Shown: positions 1 to 12,040, numbered from the stretch's first letter. The stretch is DNA of 64,000 nucleotides from Candidatus Omnitrophota bacterium (GCA_030650275.1 JAUSEK010000011.1:9890-73889), one strand, 5' to 3'. Notes: generated by a model from the letters alone, not told the origin. Made by a program: numbers and translations.

Positions 1-2
1 CC

Positions 3-983
3 ATGGCCACGTTCTTTGATTCCTCGTGGTATTTCCTGCGTTATGTTTCCGCCCGCGATGACCGGCAGGTGTTTGACAAGGCGGAGGCGAAATACTGGAT
101 GCCGGTGGACCAGTATGTCGGCGGCATCGAGCACGCCATTCTGCATTTATTGTATTCACGGTTTTTTACAAAATTTTTTAAAGACCTGAACCTCATTGAT
201 CTTGACGAGCCATTTGTGCGCCTGTTGACCCAGGGCATGGTGCTCAAAGACGGGGAGGTCATGTCCAAGTCGCGCGGCAACGCCGTTGACCCCGACGAGG
301 TTTTATCCAAATACGGGGCGGACACCTTGCGTTTGTTCATCCTGTTCGCAGCACCCCCCGAAGACCAGCTGGAATACAACAGCGACGGCCTGGAAGGCGC
401 CTGGCGGTTCCTTAACCGCGTGTATCAGATGGTCGAGAAACGTTATCAGAGAACGGACGCTGCCTATGCGTTCAAAGACCTGCCGGATGCACAGCGCGAT
501 CTGGAACGTGAGCGCCATCGGACCATCAAGAAAGTGGGGCAGGCGTTGGAGGAGGACTTTAAGTTCAATACCGCCTTAAGCCAGATGATGATCCTGGCCA
601 ATGCCATTGACAAACATAAAAGCGCTGCCCTCCAATCCGGCGCCGTGGTGGACCAAAGCATTGAGACCCTGGTGCTTTTATTGGCGCCCATCGCTCCGCA
701 CGTGTGCGAAGAGATGTGGCAGATGATGGGAAAGCCGGATGCCACCATCGCCCATGTTCCCTGGCCTTCTTATGATGAGCAAGCCATGGTCCAGAGCGTT
801 GTCACCATGGCCGTCCAGGTCAACGGCAAGGTGCGCGGCCAGTTCACGGTCCACGCCGACGCGTCCGAGGCGGACATCAAGGCCATTGTGCTGGCCGACG
901 CCAACGTGCAAAAATACGTCCAAAACCTGGCCATCAAGAAATTCATTGTCGTTCCCCACAAATTGGTTAGTATAGTGGTGTGA
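3..983 (+). CDS. leuS: Leucine--tRNA ligase, C-terminal part (5' truncated by window edge)
   Basis: TFFDSSWY, YVGGIEHAILHLLYSRF, KMSKS-like VMSKS, VQVNGKVR C-terminal motif. Confidence 0.97.
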   Translation: MATFFDSSWYFLRYVSARDDRQVFDKAEAKYWMPVDQYVGGIEHAILHLLYSRFFTKFFKDLNLIDLDEPFVRLLTQGMVLKDGEVMSKSRGNAVDPDEVLSKYGADTLRLFILFAAPPEDQLEYNSDGLEGAWRFLNRVYQMVEKRYQRTDAAYAFKDLPDAQRDLERERHRTIKKVGQALEEDFKFNTALSQMMILANAIDKHKSAALQSGAVVDQSIETLVLLLAPIAPHVCEEMWQMMGKPDATIAHVPWPSYDEQAMVQSVVTMAVQVNGKVRGQFTVHADASEADIKAIVLADANVQKYVQNLAIKKFIVVPHKLVSIVV

Positions 984-2269
984 TGAGATTTTACGCCGAC
1001 CTGCACATCCATTCCCATTTTTCCCGCGCCACCAGTAAAAATTTAGACCTTGAACATTTGTACCTCTGGGCCCAACTCAAAGGCATCCACGTTGTCGGCA
1101 CCGGCGATTGCGTGCATCCGGGCTGGATGAAAGAACTGGAAGAAAAGCTCGAGCCCGCTGAAGAAGGGTTTTTCAAACTTAAGACCAAATTCGCCAAGCC
1201 CATGGACGCGCAAGTGCCGCCGGCCTGCCGCGCGGACGTGCGCTTCGCGCTCACCGTCGAGATCTCCAATATTTATAAACGTCTTGATAAGGTCCGTAAA
1301 GTCCACAATCTGATCTGGTTTCCCTCGTTTGAGGCCGCCAAAAATGTGCAGGCCAAATTAGGCGCCATCGGGAATATCAAAAGCGACGGCCGGCCTATCT
1401 TGGGGCTGGATTCGCGCGACCTTCTGGAGATCGCCCTTGAGGCGGACAAGGACAATATTTTTGTGCCGGCCCACATATGGACGCCGTGGTTCTCGGCCTT
1501 GGGTTCCATGGGAGGATTTGACCGGATGGAAGATTGCTTCGCAGACCTGACGGACCACATTTTTGCCGTTGAGACCGGGCTTTCGTCCGACCCCCTGATG
1601 AACTGGCGTTTGAAACAACTTGACCCATTCATTCTAGTATCCAACTCCGACGCGCACTCGCCCCCCAAACTCGGGCGCGAAGCCAACATCTTTGATACCG
1701 AATTCAGTTATCGCGGCATTCTCAACGCGCTCAAGGACCCAAAGGACAAAGGGCTCGTGGGCACCTTGGAATTCTTTCCGGAAGAAGGCAAATACCATTA
1801 TGACGGCCATCGCGTTTGTCAGGCGCGTTTGCATCCCAAGGAGACCATTGCCCATAAGGGTTTGTGTCCTGTGTGCAGAAAGCCAGTCACCGTCGGGGTC
1901 ATGGCGCGTGTGGAAGAATTGGCCGACCGTCCTGAAGGAGAAAAGTCCCCGCGCTGGCGGCCGTATACCAGCTTGATCCCTTTGCCGGAACTCATTGCCG
2001 AAGCCAAGGACGTGGGGCCTTCCAGCAAACAGGTGCAGGAAATTTTCATGAACATGCTGGCGAAGTTGGGAAGTGAATTTCATATCCTGATGGATGCTCC
2101 CATTGATGTGATCAAAAAGAGCACCGGAGAGATTGTTGCCGAAGGGATTTCCCGCATGCGCCAGGGCAAGGTTAAGATCGCGGCCGGTTATGACGGCGAA
2201 TTCGGCACGATCAATATCTTTTCCGACAAGGAACGCCAACGCATTGACCGCCAATTAGCCCTCTTTTGA
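980..2269 (+). CDS. Endonuclease Q family protein (PHP domain plus Zn finger)
   Basis: ADLHIHS, GTGD, AHIWTPW, ETGLS, NSDAHS, GKYH..GHRxC..CPVC, GYDGEFG; C-terminal QLALF. Confidence 0.88.
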   Translation: MMRFYADLHIHSHFSRATSKNLDLEHLYLWAQLKGIHVVGTGDCVHPGWMKELEEKLEPAEEGFFKLKTKFAKPMDAQVPPACRADVRFALTVEISNIYKRLDKVRKVHNLIWFPSFEAAKNVQAKLGAIGNIKSDGRPILGLDSRDLLEIALEADKDNIFVPAHIWTPWFSALGSMGGFDRMEDCFADLTDHIFAVETGLSSDPLMNWRLKQLDPFILVSNSDAHSPPKLGREANIFDTEFSYRGILNALKDPKDKGLVGTLEFFPEEGKYHYDGHRVCQARLHPKETIAHKGLCPVCRKPVTVGVMARVEELADRPEGEKSPRWRPYTSLIPLPELIAEAKDVGPSSKQVQEIFMNMLAKLGSEFHILMDAPIDVIKKSTGEIVAEGISRMRQGKVKIAAGYDGEFGTINIFSDKERQRIDRQLALF

Positions 2270-2298
2270 TGGTTCGACGCGCTTCGCTTGCTCACCAT
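2269..2298. repeat. Short imperfect palindrome (REP-like) between endoQ and uvrD
   Basis: ATGGTTCGACGCGCTTCGCTTGCTCACCAT, terminal ATGGT/ACCAT; single copy in window. Confidence 0.45.
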
Positions 2299-2300
2299 AA

Positions 2301-3827
2301 ATGAAAAAACCGCAGGACCTCAATAATGCCCAATGGCAGGCTGTCACGCATGACAGCGGGCATCTGCTCATCGTCGCCGGGCCAGGCACCGGCAAAACCC
2401 ACACCTTGACTTATCGGATCGCCCGTTTGACCGAGCACCTCACCAATGACCAGCGCGTTTTGGCGGTGACCTTCACCAATAAGGCCGCGGATCAGATGCA
2501 AGAGCGTCTCAAACAAAAAGGCGCGGACGCCGGAAAATTCTGGGCGGGAACATTTCATCGTTTTTGCGTTCAGCTGTTGCGTCAACACGCCCAGGATACG
2601 GATCTGCCCAACAATTTTCAAATTGCCTTGCCCCGGCAGATCGCGGCCCTGACCAAGGACATATGGCCGGGCAAAACCATGGCCCAGCGCCAGGCGGTCT
2701 TGGAAAATATTTCATGGATCAAATCCACACGGCTTGTCCTTGATCCCAACGAGGATTTCAAAGCGTATCACCGTTTCTTGCGGGGAAAGGGACTGATTGA
2801 TTTTGACGATATCTTGCGCGAAGCGTTGATCCTATTGGAAAATAACGACGAGGCCGCCGATGCAACGCGGCGGCAATACCCGTTCGTCTGTGTGGATGAA
2901 TACCAGGACATCAACATCGTTCAAAACGCTTTACTTAAAATTTTAAGCCGTGACGGCACACTGTTAACCGCTATCGGCGACCCGGACCAAAGCATTTACG
3001 GTTTTCGCGGCAGCGAAGTAAAATTGTTCCATCGTTTTGCGGATGATTTTCCCAATGGGACGCGTTTATACTTGAATGAGAATTACCGTTCGGCGCCCAA
3101 TCTTTTGCAGGCCAGCGGTCAGGTTATTGGACAAGACGGGAAACAGGAAGATTTTCAGCTGGTGGCCAAAATTCACAGCGAGGGCCGTTTGGTCGTGCAT
3201 GAGGCGGCCACGGACCGGGCCGAGGCCGAATATATCGCCCATGAAATTGAAAAAATGGTCGGCGGTTTGAGTTTATTGTCCGCCTTTGTCCGACGGCACG
3301 GGCATGTCCCACGCACGTTCGGGGACATCGCGGTCCTTTACCGGTTAAACGCGCAAAAAATTTGTCTCATTCAGGCGCTGGAACATTTGGGTATCCCATA
3401 CCAAGCATCCGATGCAGCCAAGCCGCAAGCAGGAGGGGATGACGACGTCCTTTTGCGCGCGGCGGAAGAGACGCTGGACTATAACGTGGAAAAGGTTTCG
3501 CTGTTGACCCTGCACGCGGCCAAGGGTTTGGAATTTCCCGTTGTTTTTATCGCCGGATGCGAAGAACATCTTTTGCCTTTGGTCGCGGCGGGTATGGCAG
3601 GGGACAGAGAAGAGGAGCGGCGGTTATTTTACGTAGGCATGACGCGCGCCAAGGAGTTTTTGTATCTGACCCGCGCCGAGCGCCGCCAATTGTTCGGCAA
3701 AGGGATGTTCAATGGTCCTTCGCCGTTTTTGGCAGACATCGAGGAGGACTTAAAGGCCTATGAGGCCGGCCGCAGGAAAAAGATCAAACCCGCCCTTGCG
3801 CCGGACCAGCAGATGAAATTGTTTTGA
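2301..3827 (+). CDS. UvrD/REP family SF1 DNA helicase (compact, 508 aa)
   Basis: AGPGTGKT, VDEYQD, GDPDQSIY, NYRS, TLHAAKGLEF, RRLFYVGMTRAK. Confidence 0.93.
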   Translation: MKKPQDLNNAQWQAVTHDSGHLLIVAGPGTGKTHTLTYRIARLTEHLTNDQRVLAVTFTNKAADQMQERLKQKGADAGKFWAGTFHRFCVQLLRQHAQDTDLPNNFQIALPRQIAALTKDIWPGKTMAQRQAVLENISWIKSTRLVLDPNEDFKAYHRFLRGKGLIDFDDILREALILLENNDEAADATRRQYPFVCVDEYQDINIVQNALLKILSRDGTLLTAIGDPDQSIYGFRGSEVKLFHRFADDFPNGTRLYLNENYRSAPNLLQASGQVIGQDGKQEDFQLVAKIHSEGRLVVHEAATDRAEAEYIAHEIEKMVGGLSLLSAFVRRHGHVPRTFGDIAVLYRLNAQKICLIQALEHLGIPYQASDAAKPQAGGDDDVLLRAAEETLDYNVEKVSLLTLHAAKGLEFPVVFIAGCEEHLLPLVAAGMAGDREEERRLFYVGMTRAKEFLYLTRAERRQLFGKGMFNGPSPFLADIEEDLKAYEAGRRKKIKPALAPDQQMKLF

Positions 3828-3910
3828 CATAACCCATCGTATTTCTTATACTGCTTTTGTCGTTCCCCGCGGCGCAGTTTCTTCTTAATTCCCCTTTGTG
3901 AGCTTCATTC

Positions 3911-4246
3911 ATGTTTGCTTTGACCCCGCAGGAGCGCTCGGTTCTGGCCTGGCTTTTGACCATTGGCCTCGTCGGAACCCTTGTGACCATCGGATTAAAG
4001 AAAGACGCGAAGATCATCCGTTGGGTCAACACCGCGCGCCTTGCCCATCACAACACCTCGGTTTCCATCAATACGGCCACGGCTGAAGAACTGGATAAAG
4101 TCCCAGGCATCGGCCCTAAGACCGCCGCCAACATCATCGCCGCCCGCGAGGCCGATGGCCCTTTTCGATCCCTTGACGATCTGCGCCGCGTTAAAGGCAT
4201 CACCAAGAAGAATTTTTCCAGCATCATCGGACATTTGCGCTTATGA
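3911..4246 (+). CDS. comEA: ComEA family DNA-binding protein
   Basis: N-terminal TM helix; INTATAEEL..VPGIGPKTA..II..R...GPF helix-hairpin-helix motif; adjacent to comEC. Confidence 0.9.
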   Translation: MFALTPQERSVLAWLLTIGLVGTLVTIGLKKDAKIIRWVNTARLAHHNTSVSINTATAEELDKVPGIGPKTAANIIAAREADGPFRSLDDLRRVKGITKKNFSSIIGHLRL

Positions 4247-5652
4247 AAATGCATCGCCCATGCCTTTGGCTGTCCCTGGCCTTGGCCGCCGGTATCGTCG
4301 CGGGTGACCGGACATTTTTGCCTTTCGCGGGGTGGCTGTTCCTGTTCGGCCTGGCCTTAGCCGCATCGTTTATTTTTCAACGGACGGTTATTTTTTATAT
4401 GGCCGTGTTTTGTTTGGGCGCGGTCCTGATCCAGAACGTTTATCTTTTGCCCGCGGATGATATGGCCCGGCTTTCAATGCGGGAGCGCGCAGATCTTAGA
4501 TCCGTCGAGGGTGTCGTGGATTCGGATGTGCGCGTTATGATCGGACCGATGAGTTCTAAGCGGGTTTTTGATCTGCAAGTCGAACAGATCAAGGTTGGGG
4601 AGACCTGGGTTTCTAAGAAGGGAAAGATACAGGCGCAGGTCTATCAGGACGTCCCCGTGATGTATGGGCAGAGATTACGTTTAGGAGGAGGTTTGCATAC
4701 GCCTTATTCCGGCAAGCCGGGGGAGAAGTTTTCTTATAGGGACCATTTGCGCCGCCAGGGTATTTTTTGGATCTTAAGCGTCAGCAAAAAGAGCGATGCC
4801 CAGATCATCGGCAACGGCTTTGGCAATCCATTTGTCGCTTTGTCGCTCAAGACACGCGGGCACACCAAATCCGTTTTAAATCAATACCTGGCACCCGACG
4901 AGGCGGGGGTGATCGCGGCCATGCTGGTCGGGGACCGCGGCCAAATGCCTCGGGACTTGAAGGATGTTTTCGTGCGCACCGGCACGGCCCATATTTTGGC
5001 CATCAGCGGCATGAACATGGCCATCATCGCGGGGGTCGTCTTTTTTATTTTGCGTTTATGCCCCATCCCGCGCGCGGCGCAATTGTTGACGACAATAGCA
5101 CTTTTGTTCATCTACACGTTCGTGAGCGGATGGGCGCCGTCGGTCGTGCGGGCATGTTTGATGTCTTCCGTTTTTTTGGCGGGGTTTGTTTTTGAAGAAG
5201 AAGGGGAGCCGTTCAATTCTTTGGGGTTGGCGGCATTGCTTTTGTTGTTGATGGACCCGCGCAACCTCTTTGACATCGGGTTCCAATTGTCCTTTGCCGC
5301 GGTCGCGGCCATCTTCCTTTTATACGGGCCCTGCCAGAGCGTCCTGAAATTCTTGCCCGGATGCCTCGCCAAGCCGCTGGCTGTTTCTTTGGCCGCGTGG
5401 ACCGGCACGGCAGGCCTGTTCTTATATCATTTCGGCACCATCGCCCCGGTCGGTATTCTGGCCAACCTTCCCATCGTTCCGCTGGCTGACATGGTCGTTA
5501 TTCTGGCGCTGGGGCTTGCCTTTACGGGAACATGTTTGCCGGTTTTTGCCTACGCGTTCGCCGGTTCCCTTAAGGTCGTTTTCAATCTGATGGTCGTTGC
5601 GGCCATGGGATTCAGTCAGATCCCGTGGGGGTATTTCGTGTTCCCTGAATAG
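4243..5652 (+). CDS. comEC: ComEC/Rec2 competence membrane protein (no metallo-beta-lactamase domain)
   Basis: GTAHILAISG, PSVVRA, GFQLSF, ANL motifs; multiple TM segments. Confidence 0.9.
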   Translation: MKMHRPCLWLSLALAAGIVAGDRTFLPFAGWLFLFGLALAASFIFQRTVIFYMAVFCLGAVLIQNVYLLPADDMARLSMRERADLRSVEGVVDSDVRVMIGPMSSKRVFDLQVEQIKVGETWVSKKGKIQAQVYQDVPVMYGQRLRLGGGLHTPYSGKPGEKFSYRDHLRRQGIFWILSVSKKSDAQIIGNGFGNPFVALSLKTRGHTKSVLNQYLAPDEAGVIAAMLVGDRGQMPRDLKDVFVRTGTAHILAISGMNMAIIAGVVFFILRLCPIPRAAQLLTTIALLFIYTFVSGWAPSVVRACLMSSVFLAGFVFEEEGEPFNSLGLAALLLLLMDPRNLFDIGFQLSFAAVAAIFLLYGPCQSVLKFLPGCLAKPLAVSLAAWTGTAGLFLYHFGTIAPVGILANLPIVPLADMVVILALGLAFTGTCLPVFAYAFAGSLKVVFNLMVVAAMGFSQIPWGYFVFPE

Positions 5653-5677
5653 CCATACAATAGTATGGTATATAGTA

Positions 5678-5705
5678 TTGACAATATGAAAACAGGAGGT
5701 ATACT
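5678..5705 (+). promoter_or_regulatory. Sigma70-like promoter of the BrnT/A pair
   Basis: TTGACA-N16-TATACT, overlapping an AGGAGG SD. Confidence 0.55.
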
Positions 5706-5709
5706 TTAA

Positions 5710-5994
5710 ATGGAAAGTAACTTTATTTGGGATCTGGGCAAAGAGGCGGCAAATGTTCAAAAGCATAAAGTCGATTTTAAAACAGCGATGCGTGCTTTTT
5801 TGGACCCTCACAGAAAGATATTTTTTGATGAGAAACACAGTTGTCATGAAGACAGGTTCTTTTGCGTTGGTAAGATCATAGGCAGGGTATTGACCGTAAG
5901 GTTTATGTATAGAGCAAATAAAATTCGCATTATAGGAGCTGGTTTTTGGCGGAAAGGAGCTAAGTATTATGAAAAAGAAGAAAATAACAGATGA
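5710..5994 (+). CDS. brnT: BrnT family toxin
   Basis: F.WD..K...N..KH.VDF, EDRF..VG, IRIIGA; overlaps downstream antitoxin. Confidence 0.85.
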   Translation: MESNFIWDLGKEAANVQKHKVDFKTAMRAFLDPHRKIFFDEKHSCHEDRFFCVGKIIGRVLTVRFMYRANKIRIIGAGFWRKGAKYYEKEENNR

Positions 5995-6208
5995 GAATAT
6001 GCCTATTGGTAAGTTGATCCGGGTGCCTGATTTTTTGCCGCCGCCGGATCAGTTGGTTTTTCCGGATGGAACGATCAAGGTGACATTATCTTTGACCAGG
6101 GAAAGTGTTAATTTTTTTAAAAAGAAGGCCAAGCGTCATCACACGAAATACCAGAAGATGATCCGGGAAGTGGTGGACCGTTATGCCAGGCAATTCAATG
6201 GGTCCTGA
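5969..6208 (+). CDS. BrnA/CopG-like antitoxin
   Basis: DFLPPP..L, KVTLSL....V.FFK, YQKMIR ribbon-helix-helix-like C-terminus. Confidence 0.8.
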   Translation: MKKKKITDENMPIGKLIRVPDFLPPPDQLVFPDGTIKVTLSLTRESVNFFKKKAKRHHTKYQKMIREVVDRYARQFNGS

Positions 6209-6232
6209 TAAGATCATTTTTCTGCTTCGTTA

Positions 6233-6261
6233 TTGACTAAATTTTCTGGGGTGGTTAAATT
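6233..6261 (+). promoter_or_regulatory. Sigma70-like promoter, probably leaderless
   Basis: TTGACT-N17-TAAATT, 6 nt before ATG 6268. Confidence 0.5.
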
Positions 6262-6267
6262 AAAAAC

Positions 6268-7287
6268 ATGCGCATCGTCCTTTTGCTTTTTTTAGCGGTT
6301 GTTCAGACAGCCCTGCTTTGGGCGGCAGAGCCCGTCAAGGACGGTTTTTACGACGAGCGCGACGCCAAAGGCGTTCTGGTGCGCACCGTTGAATACCGCT
6401 ACGGGGCGCCCAACGGCCGCTTCCGCACTTTTTATCCCGATGGCCGCATCGAGGGCGCGGGCGGATACCTCAACGGAAAGTTGAGCGGTATGGCCCAGGG
6501 CTATTGGCCCGACGGGACCATGAAGGTCAAATCCTTCTACCGTGACGGCAAACTCCACGGCATATCCACCCTGTATTACAAGAACGGCAGGGTCCAAGCC
6601 GAGATCACCTATTTCAACGGCCTGCAGGGAGACCTGACCCGCGAATTTGACGAGGAAGGCCGTCCCGAGTGGGAACGTCATTTCATTAACGGCAAGGAAG
6701 AGGGCACGACCAAACAATTCTATCCTGCCAGCGGCGCCCTTTTCAGGGAATACAAATACAAAAACGGGAAGCAGACGGGTTTTGTCCGCGAATATTTTGA
6801 GAACGGCCGTCACAAAGGGACGTATGAGACCGTTGATGGCGTGCGTTCGGGGCTGGGTACGGAATATTATGAGACCGGAGAACTTTTACGCAAAGGACCC
6901 ATGGTCAACGGCCAATTCAACGGGCTGGTGACCATGTATTACCAAAACGGCCAGGTGCGCGGCAAGGCCGAATTCAAGGACGGGGCCATGGATGATCCCA
7001 ATTGGCGGGAATTTTATGACACCGGCGAATTATGGAATCTGGTGGCGGTGGTCAACGGCAAGAAGCAGGGGCCGGCCAAAGAATTTTACCGCAGCGGCGT
7101 CCTGAAAAATGAGGGAACGTTCAAAGACGACTGGCGCAACGGCATATTTAAGGTTTACGGCGAGGACGGCGTGCTCAAGGCCATGGATTTCTACGAGTAT
7201 GACCGCCTGCTGCGCCATCAGGAGTTCAACAAAGACGGGAAGCTCATTACCGAACAAATTTATTACACCCCCCTGTCCTCCCCTTGA
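6268..7287 (+). CDS. Exported MORN-variant repeat protein (YwqK-like family)
   Basis: Signal peptide followed by about a dozen ~24-aa repeats of type G....YY.NG.L..E..Y.NG. Confidence 0.85.
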   Translation: MRIVLLLFLAVVQTALLWAAEPVKDGFYDERDAKGVLVRTVEYRYGAPNGRFRTFYPDGRIEGAGGYLNGKLSGMAQGYWPDGTMKVKSFYRDGKLHGISTLYYKNGRVQAEITYFNGLQGDLTREFDEEGRPEWERHFINGKEEGTTKQFYPASGALFREYKYKNGKQTGFVREYFENGRHKGTYETVDGVRSGLGTEYYETGELLRKGPMVNGQFNGLVTMYYQNGQVRGKAEFKDGAMDDPNWREFYDTGELWNLVAVVNGKKQGPAKEFYRSGVLKNEGTFKDDWRNGIFKVYGEDGVLKAMDFYEYDRLLRHQEFNKDGKLITEQIYYTPLSSP

Positions 7288-7311
7288 CAAAGAGTTTTTT
7301 TTTGCTATAAT
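7284..7311 (+). promoter_or_regulatory. Sigma70 promoter of the hrcA-grpE-dnaK-dnaJ operon
   Basis: TTGACA-N16-TATAAT with extended TGn. Confidence 0.85.
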
Positions 7312-7312
7312 C

Positions 7313-7339
7313 TTAGCACACAAACATTGAGAGTGCTAA
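7313..7339 (+). promoter_or_regulatory. CIRCE element (HrcA operator)
   Basis: TTAGCACaC-N9-GAGTGCTAA, one mismatch to consensus, directly upstream of hrcA. Confidence 0.95.
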
Positions 7340-7354
7340 TCGGGTAAATACGGT

Positions 7355-8089
7355 ATGTCATCCAAAAAGACTGACTTTCAGGAACGCAAAGAGCGGGTTT
7401 TGGGCATCGTGGTCGATGAGTATATCAAGAGCACGACGCCCGTGGGCTCGCATTTTATTGTCCAGCAATACTCTTTGGACCTAAGCCCGGCCACGATCCG
7501 CAATATTCTGGCGGAACTGGAGGAAGAGGGGTATTTGTCCCATCCGCATACCTCGGCCGGCCGCGTCCCGACCCAGACAGGGTACCGCTATTACGTGGAC
7601 CATTTGATGCATCAGATCCAGTTATTGGAGAAGGAAAAGGTCCGCCTGCATCAGGAATACGCGCAGGATTTGAACGAATTGGAAACGGCCCTGGATCATG
7701 CTTCACAGGCCATTTCCGAGATCACCCATTGCACCAGCATCATTGCCGTGGATGGGTGGGGACAGAAGATGATCTGCAAGGGGACCAGTTTTGTGGTCAA
7801 TTACCCCGAAGAGCGGGACCTGGAATCGATCCGCGCCATTTTGAGGACCCTGGAGCAAAAAGAGCAGATATTGAAGCTCATCAACCGCGACTTGGAAAAG
7901 AAGGTCTCCATTTATATCGGTCATGAGATGGCGCTTAAGGAAATGGACGGCTGTTCTTTGGCGGTCGCGCGTTTCAGCAATCGCGGGGCCGAAGGCCGCA
8001 TCGCCGTTTTGGGCCCCACCCGTATGGATTATGAGAGGGTCGTTTCCGCGCTGGATTACGTTTGCGGGCTGATCAACCGGGGCATATGA
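7355..8089 (+). CDS. hrcA: Heat-inducible transcription repressor HrcA (short form)
   Basis: [35 protein letters not shown]. Confidence 0.95.
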   Translation: MSSKKTDFQERKERVLGIVVDEYIKSTTPVGSHFIVQQYSLDLSPATIRNILAELEEEGYLSHPHTSAGRVPTQTGYRYYVDHLMHQIQLLEKEKVRLHQEYAQDLNELETALDHASQAISEITHCTSIIAVDGWGQKMICKGTSFVVNYPEERDLESIRAILRTLEQKEQILKLINRDLEKKVSIYIGHEMALKEMDGCSLAVARFSNRGAEGRIAVLGPTRMDYERVVSALDYVCGLINRGI

Positions 8090-8586
8090 ACGAAGACATT
8101 GAACAAGACCCGCAAGAGGTCGCGCCTGAACCTGTCAAGCCACAACCCGTCGACGACGGTTATAAGGACAAATATGTCCGGCTGTTGGCTGAATTTGAGA
8201 ACGCGCGCAAACGCCAGGAACGCGAGCGTTCCCAGATCATCAAATACGCCCACGAAGAGATCGTGGTTGAACTTTTAGACGTCTTTGATGATCTGGAGCG
8301 GGCGCTGGCCGCGGCCAAGGCTAAAGAAGGCGGGGCAGGTGCCGGTGTCGTCAAGGGTTTGGAAATGGTCGCGATGAAATTGCAGGACGTGCTTAAGAAA
8401 TACGGAGTGGCGCCCATTGAGGCGGTGGGCAAGCCCTTTGACCCGCACATGCACGAACCGCTGATGCATGAGGCGAGCGGCGTGCATCCCGACGGGCATG
8501 TGATGGAAGAATTCCAAAAAGGATACACCTTAAGCGGGCGCGTGGTGCGCACCGCCAAGGTCAAGGTAGCGAAAAACAATACGTAG
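8086..8586 (+). CDS. grpE: Nucleotide exchange factor GrpE
   Basis: [35 protein letters not shown]; ATG overlaps hrcA stop. Confidence 0.96.
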   Translation: MNEDIEQDPQEVAPEPVKPQPVDDGYKDKYVRLLAEFENARKRQERERSQIIKYAHEEIVVELLDVFDDLERALAAAKAKEGGAGAGVVKGLEMVAMKLQDVLKKYGVAPIEAVGKPFDPHMHEPLMHEASGVHPDGHVMEEFQKGYTLSGRVVRTAKVKVAKNNT

Positions 8587-8607
8587 GGGCGGGGACCCCG
8601 CCCGTAC
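8583..8607 (+). repeat. GTAG-type REP palindrome
   Basis: GTAGGGGCGGGGACCCCGCCCGTAC; its TAG is the grpE stop. Confidence 0.8.
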
Positions 8608-8632
8608 ATGGATATAAAAACAGGAGGGAATT

Positions 8633-10536
<1,904 letters not shown>

Positions 10537-10537
<1 letters not shown>

Positions 10538-11661
10538 TGAAGAAGGATTATTACGAGATCCTAGGCGTGCCCAAAAGCGCGCCTTTGGCTGATATCAAAA
10601 AGGCCTATCGTTCTTTGGCCCTCAAATATCATCCGGACCGTGTGCCCGAAGCGGAAAAAAAGCAGGCCGAGGAGAAATTCAAGGAAATTTCCGAGGCCTA
10701 CGGCGTTTTGTCAGACCCGAAGAAGCGCCAGACCTACGACCAGTTCGGCCATTCGGGCATTGACCAGAATTACACGGCCGAAGACATTTTCCGCGGCGCG
10801 GATTTCAGCAGTATTTTTGAAGGCGCGGGCTTGGGCGATATTTTAGGCCGCATGTTCGGCGGGGATTTTGATGTCTCCGGAATGGGCGGCGGCCGCGCCT
10901 CACGCGGGCCCGATATTCAATACGAGGTTGAGATCACCCTGGCCGAGGCCTATACGGGCATCAAGAGGTCCATCCGCGTTCCCCGCCATGAATTCTGCAA
11001 GACCTGCGACGGTTCCGGCGCAAGATCCAAAAGCGCTTTAAAGGCCTGCCCGGCGTGCAAAGGCCGGGGGCAGGTGGTGATGTCCAGCGGATTTTTCCGC
11101 ATGGCGCAGACCTGCGGCCAATGCCGGGGCACGGGCAAGATCATCACCGAAAAATGCCCGGAGTGTTCCGGCCACGGCCTCACGCGGGTGGTCCGCAATA
11201 TTGAAGTCAGCATTCCCGCCGGAGTGGACAATGATTCCCAATTGCGGGTGCGCGGGGAAGGTGAGGCCGGCAGCGGCGGCGCGGGCGACCTTTATTTGTA
11301 TATCCGCGTTTCAGACCATCCGGTTTTTCACCGCCGGGGACCGGAACTGTCCATGGACCTGGCCGTATCATTCGTGAAAGCGGCCCTGGGCGGGGAAGAA
11401 ACGATCGACGGTTTGAGGGAAAAGGTGGTCATGAAAATTCCCGCCGGCACCCAAAGCGGCAAGGTGTTCCGTTTGAGGGGGCACGGCATGCCTGACGTGC
11501 ATCATCACGATCACGGGGACCTCTATGTGCGGGTGATGCTCCAGGTGCCTGAAAATCTCAACAGCCGCCAGCGGGAACTTCTGGAAGAATTCGCCAAGAT
11601 CAGCGGCGATGGCGTGAACAACGGCTCCTTTAAGGATAAATTTAAAAGAGCGTTCAAATAA
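10537..11661 (+). CDS. dnaJ: Chaperone DnaJ
   Basis: J domain with HPD, four CxxCxGxG repeats, C-terminal domain. Confidence 0.98.
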
Positions 11662-11662
11662 T

Positions 11663-11968
11663 ATGCCCACCTATCAATACGAATGTGAACATTGCCAGCA
11701 CAGCTTTGAAGCCCTGCAATCCATGGTCGAGCCCAGGTTGAAAAAATGCCCCCAATGCGGCAAGTCTAAACTGGTGCGTTTGATCGGAAGCGGCAGCGGC
11801 ATGATCTTCAAAGGGTCGGGTTTTTACGCGACCGATCATAAGAAAAAGGCGCCCGCCGGATCGAAAACAGACAAACCCGCCCTTACCTCACCGAAAGACG
11901 CTTCTGCCAGCCCCAGTCCCGCCAAAGGCGGGGCCTGCGGCGGTTCCTGCGCCTGCCATCCCAATTAA
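11663..11968 (+). CDS. FmdB family zinc-ribbon protein
   Basis: MPTYQYEC..C...CPQCG, FKGSGFYATD. Confidence 0.9.
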   Translation: MPTYQYECEHCQHSFEALQSMVEPRLKKCPQCGKSKLVRLIGSGSGMIFKGSGFYATDHKKKAPAGSKTDKPALTSPKDASASPSPAKGGACGGSCACHPN

Positions 11969-12040
11969 TGCGCAATTTTAAATTTTGGTTCCCCTTTTGG
12001 GGCCATTCTGTTATTATTCTCTGTATTTCTATCTCAAATT

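Noticed and set aside
4243-5652. comEC pseudogene truncated by TA insertion
   Set aside because: The membrane competence domain looks complete, no beta-lactamase-domain remnant follows the TA pair, and two-domain ComEC proteins are known
6268-7287. Antitoxin partner of the neighbouring BrnT
   Set aside because: It has a signal peptide and its own promoter; the YwqK label only reflects MORN-variant repeats
11986-12006. Hairpin after the FmdB gene as a novel element
   Set aside because: Short stem consistent with an ordinary weak terminator; single copy
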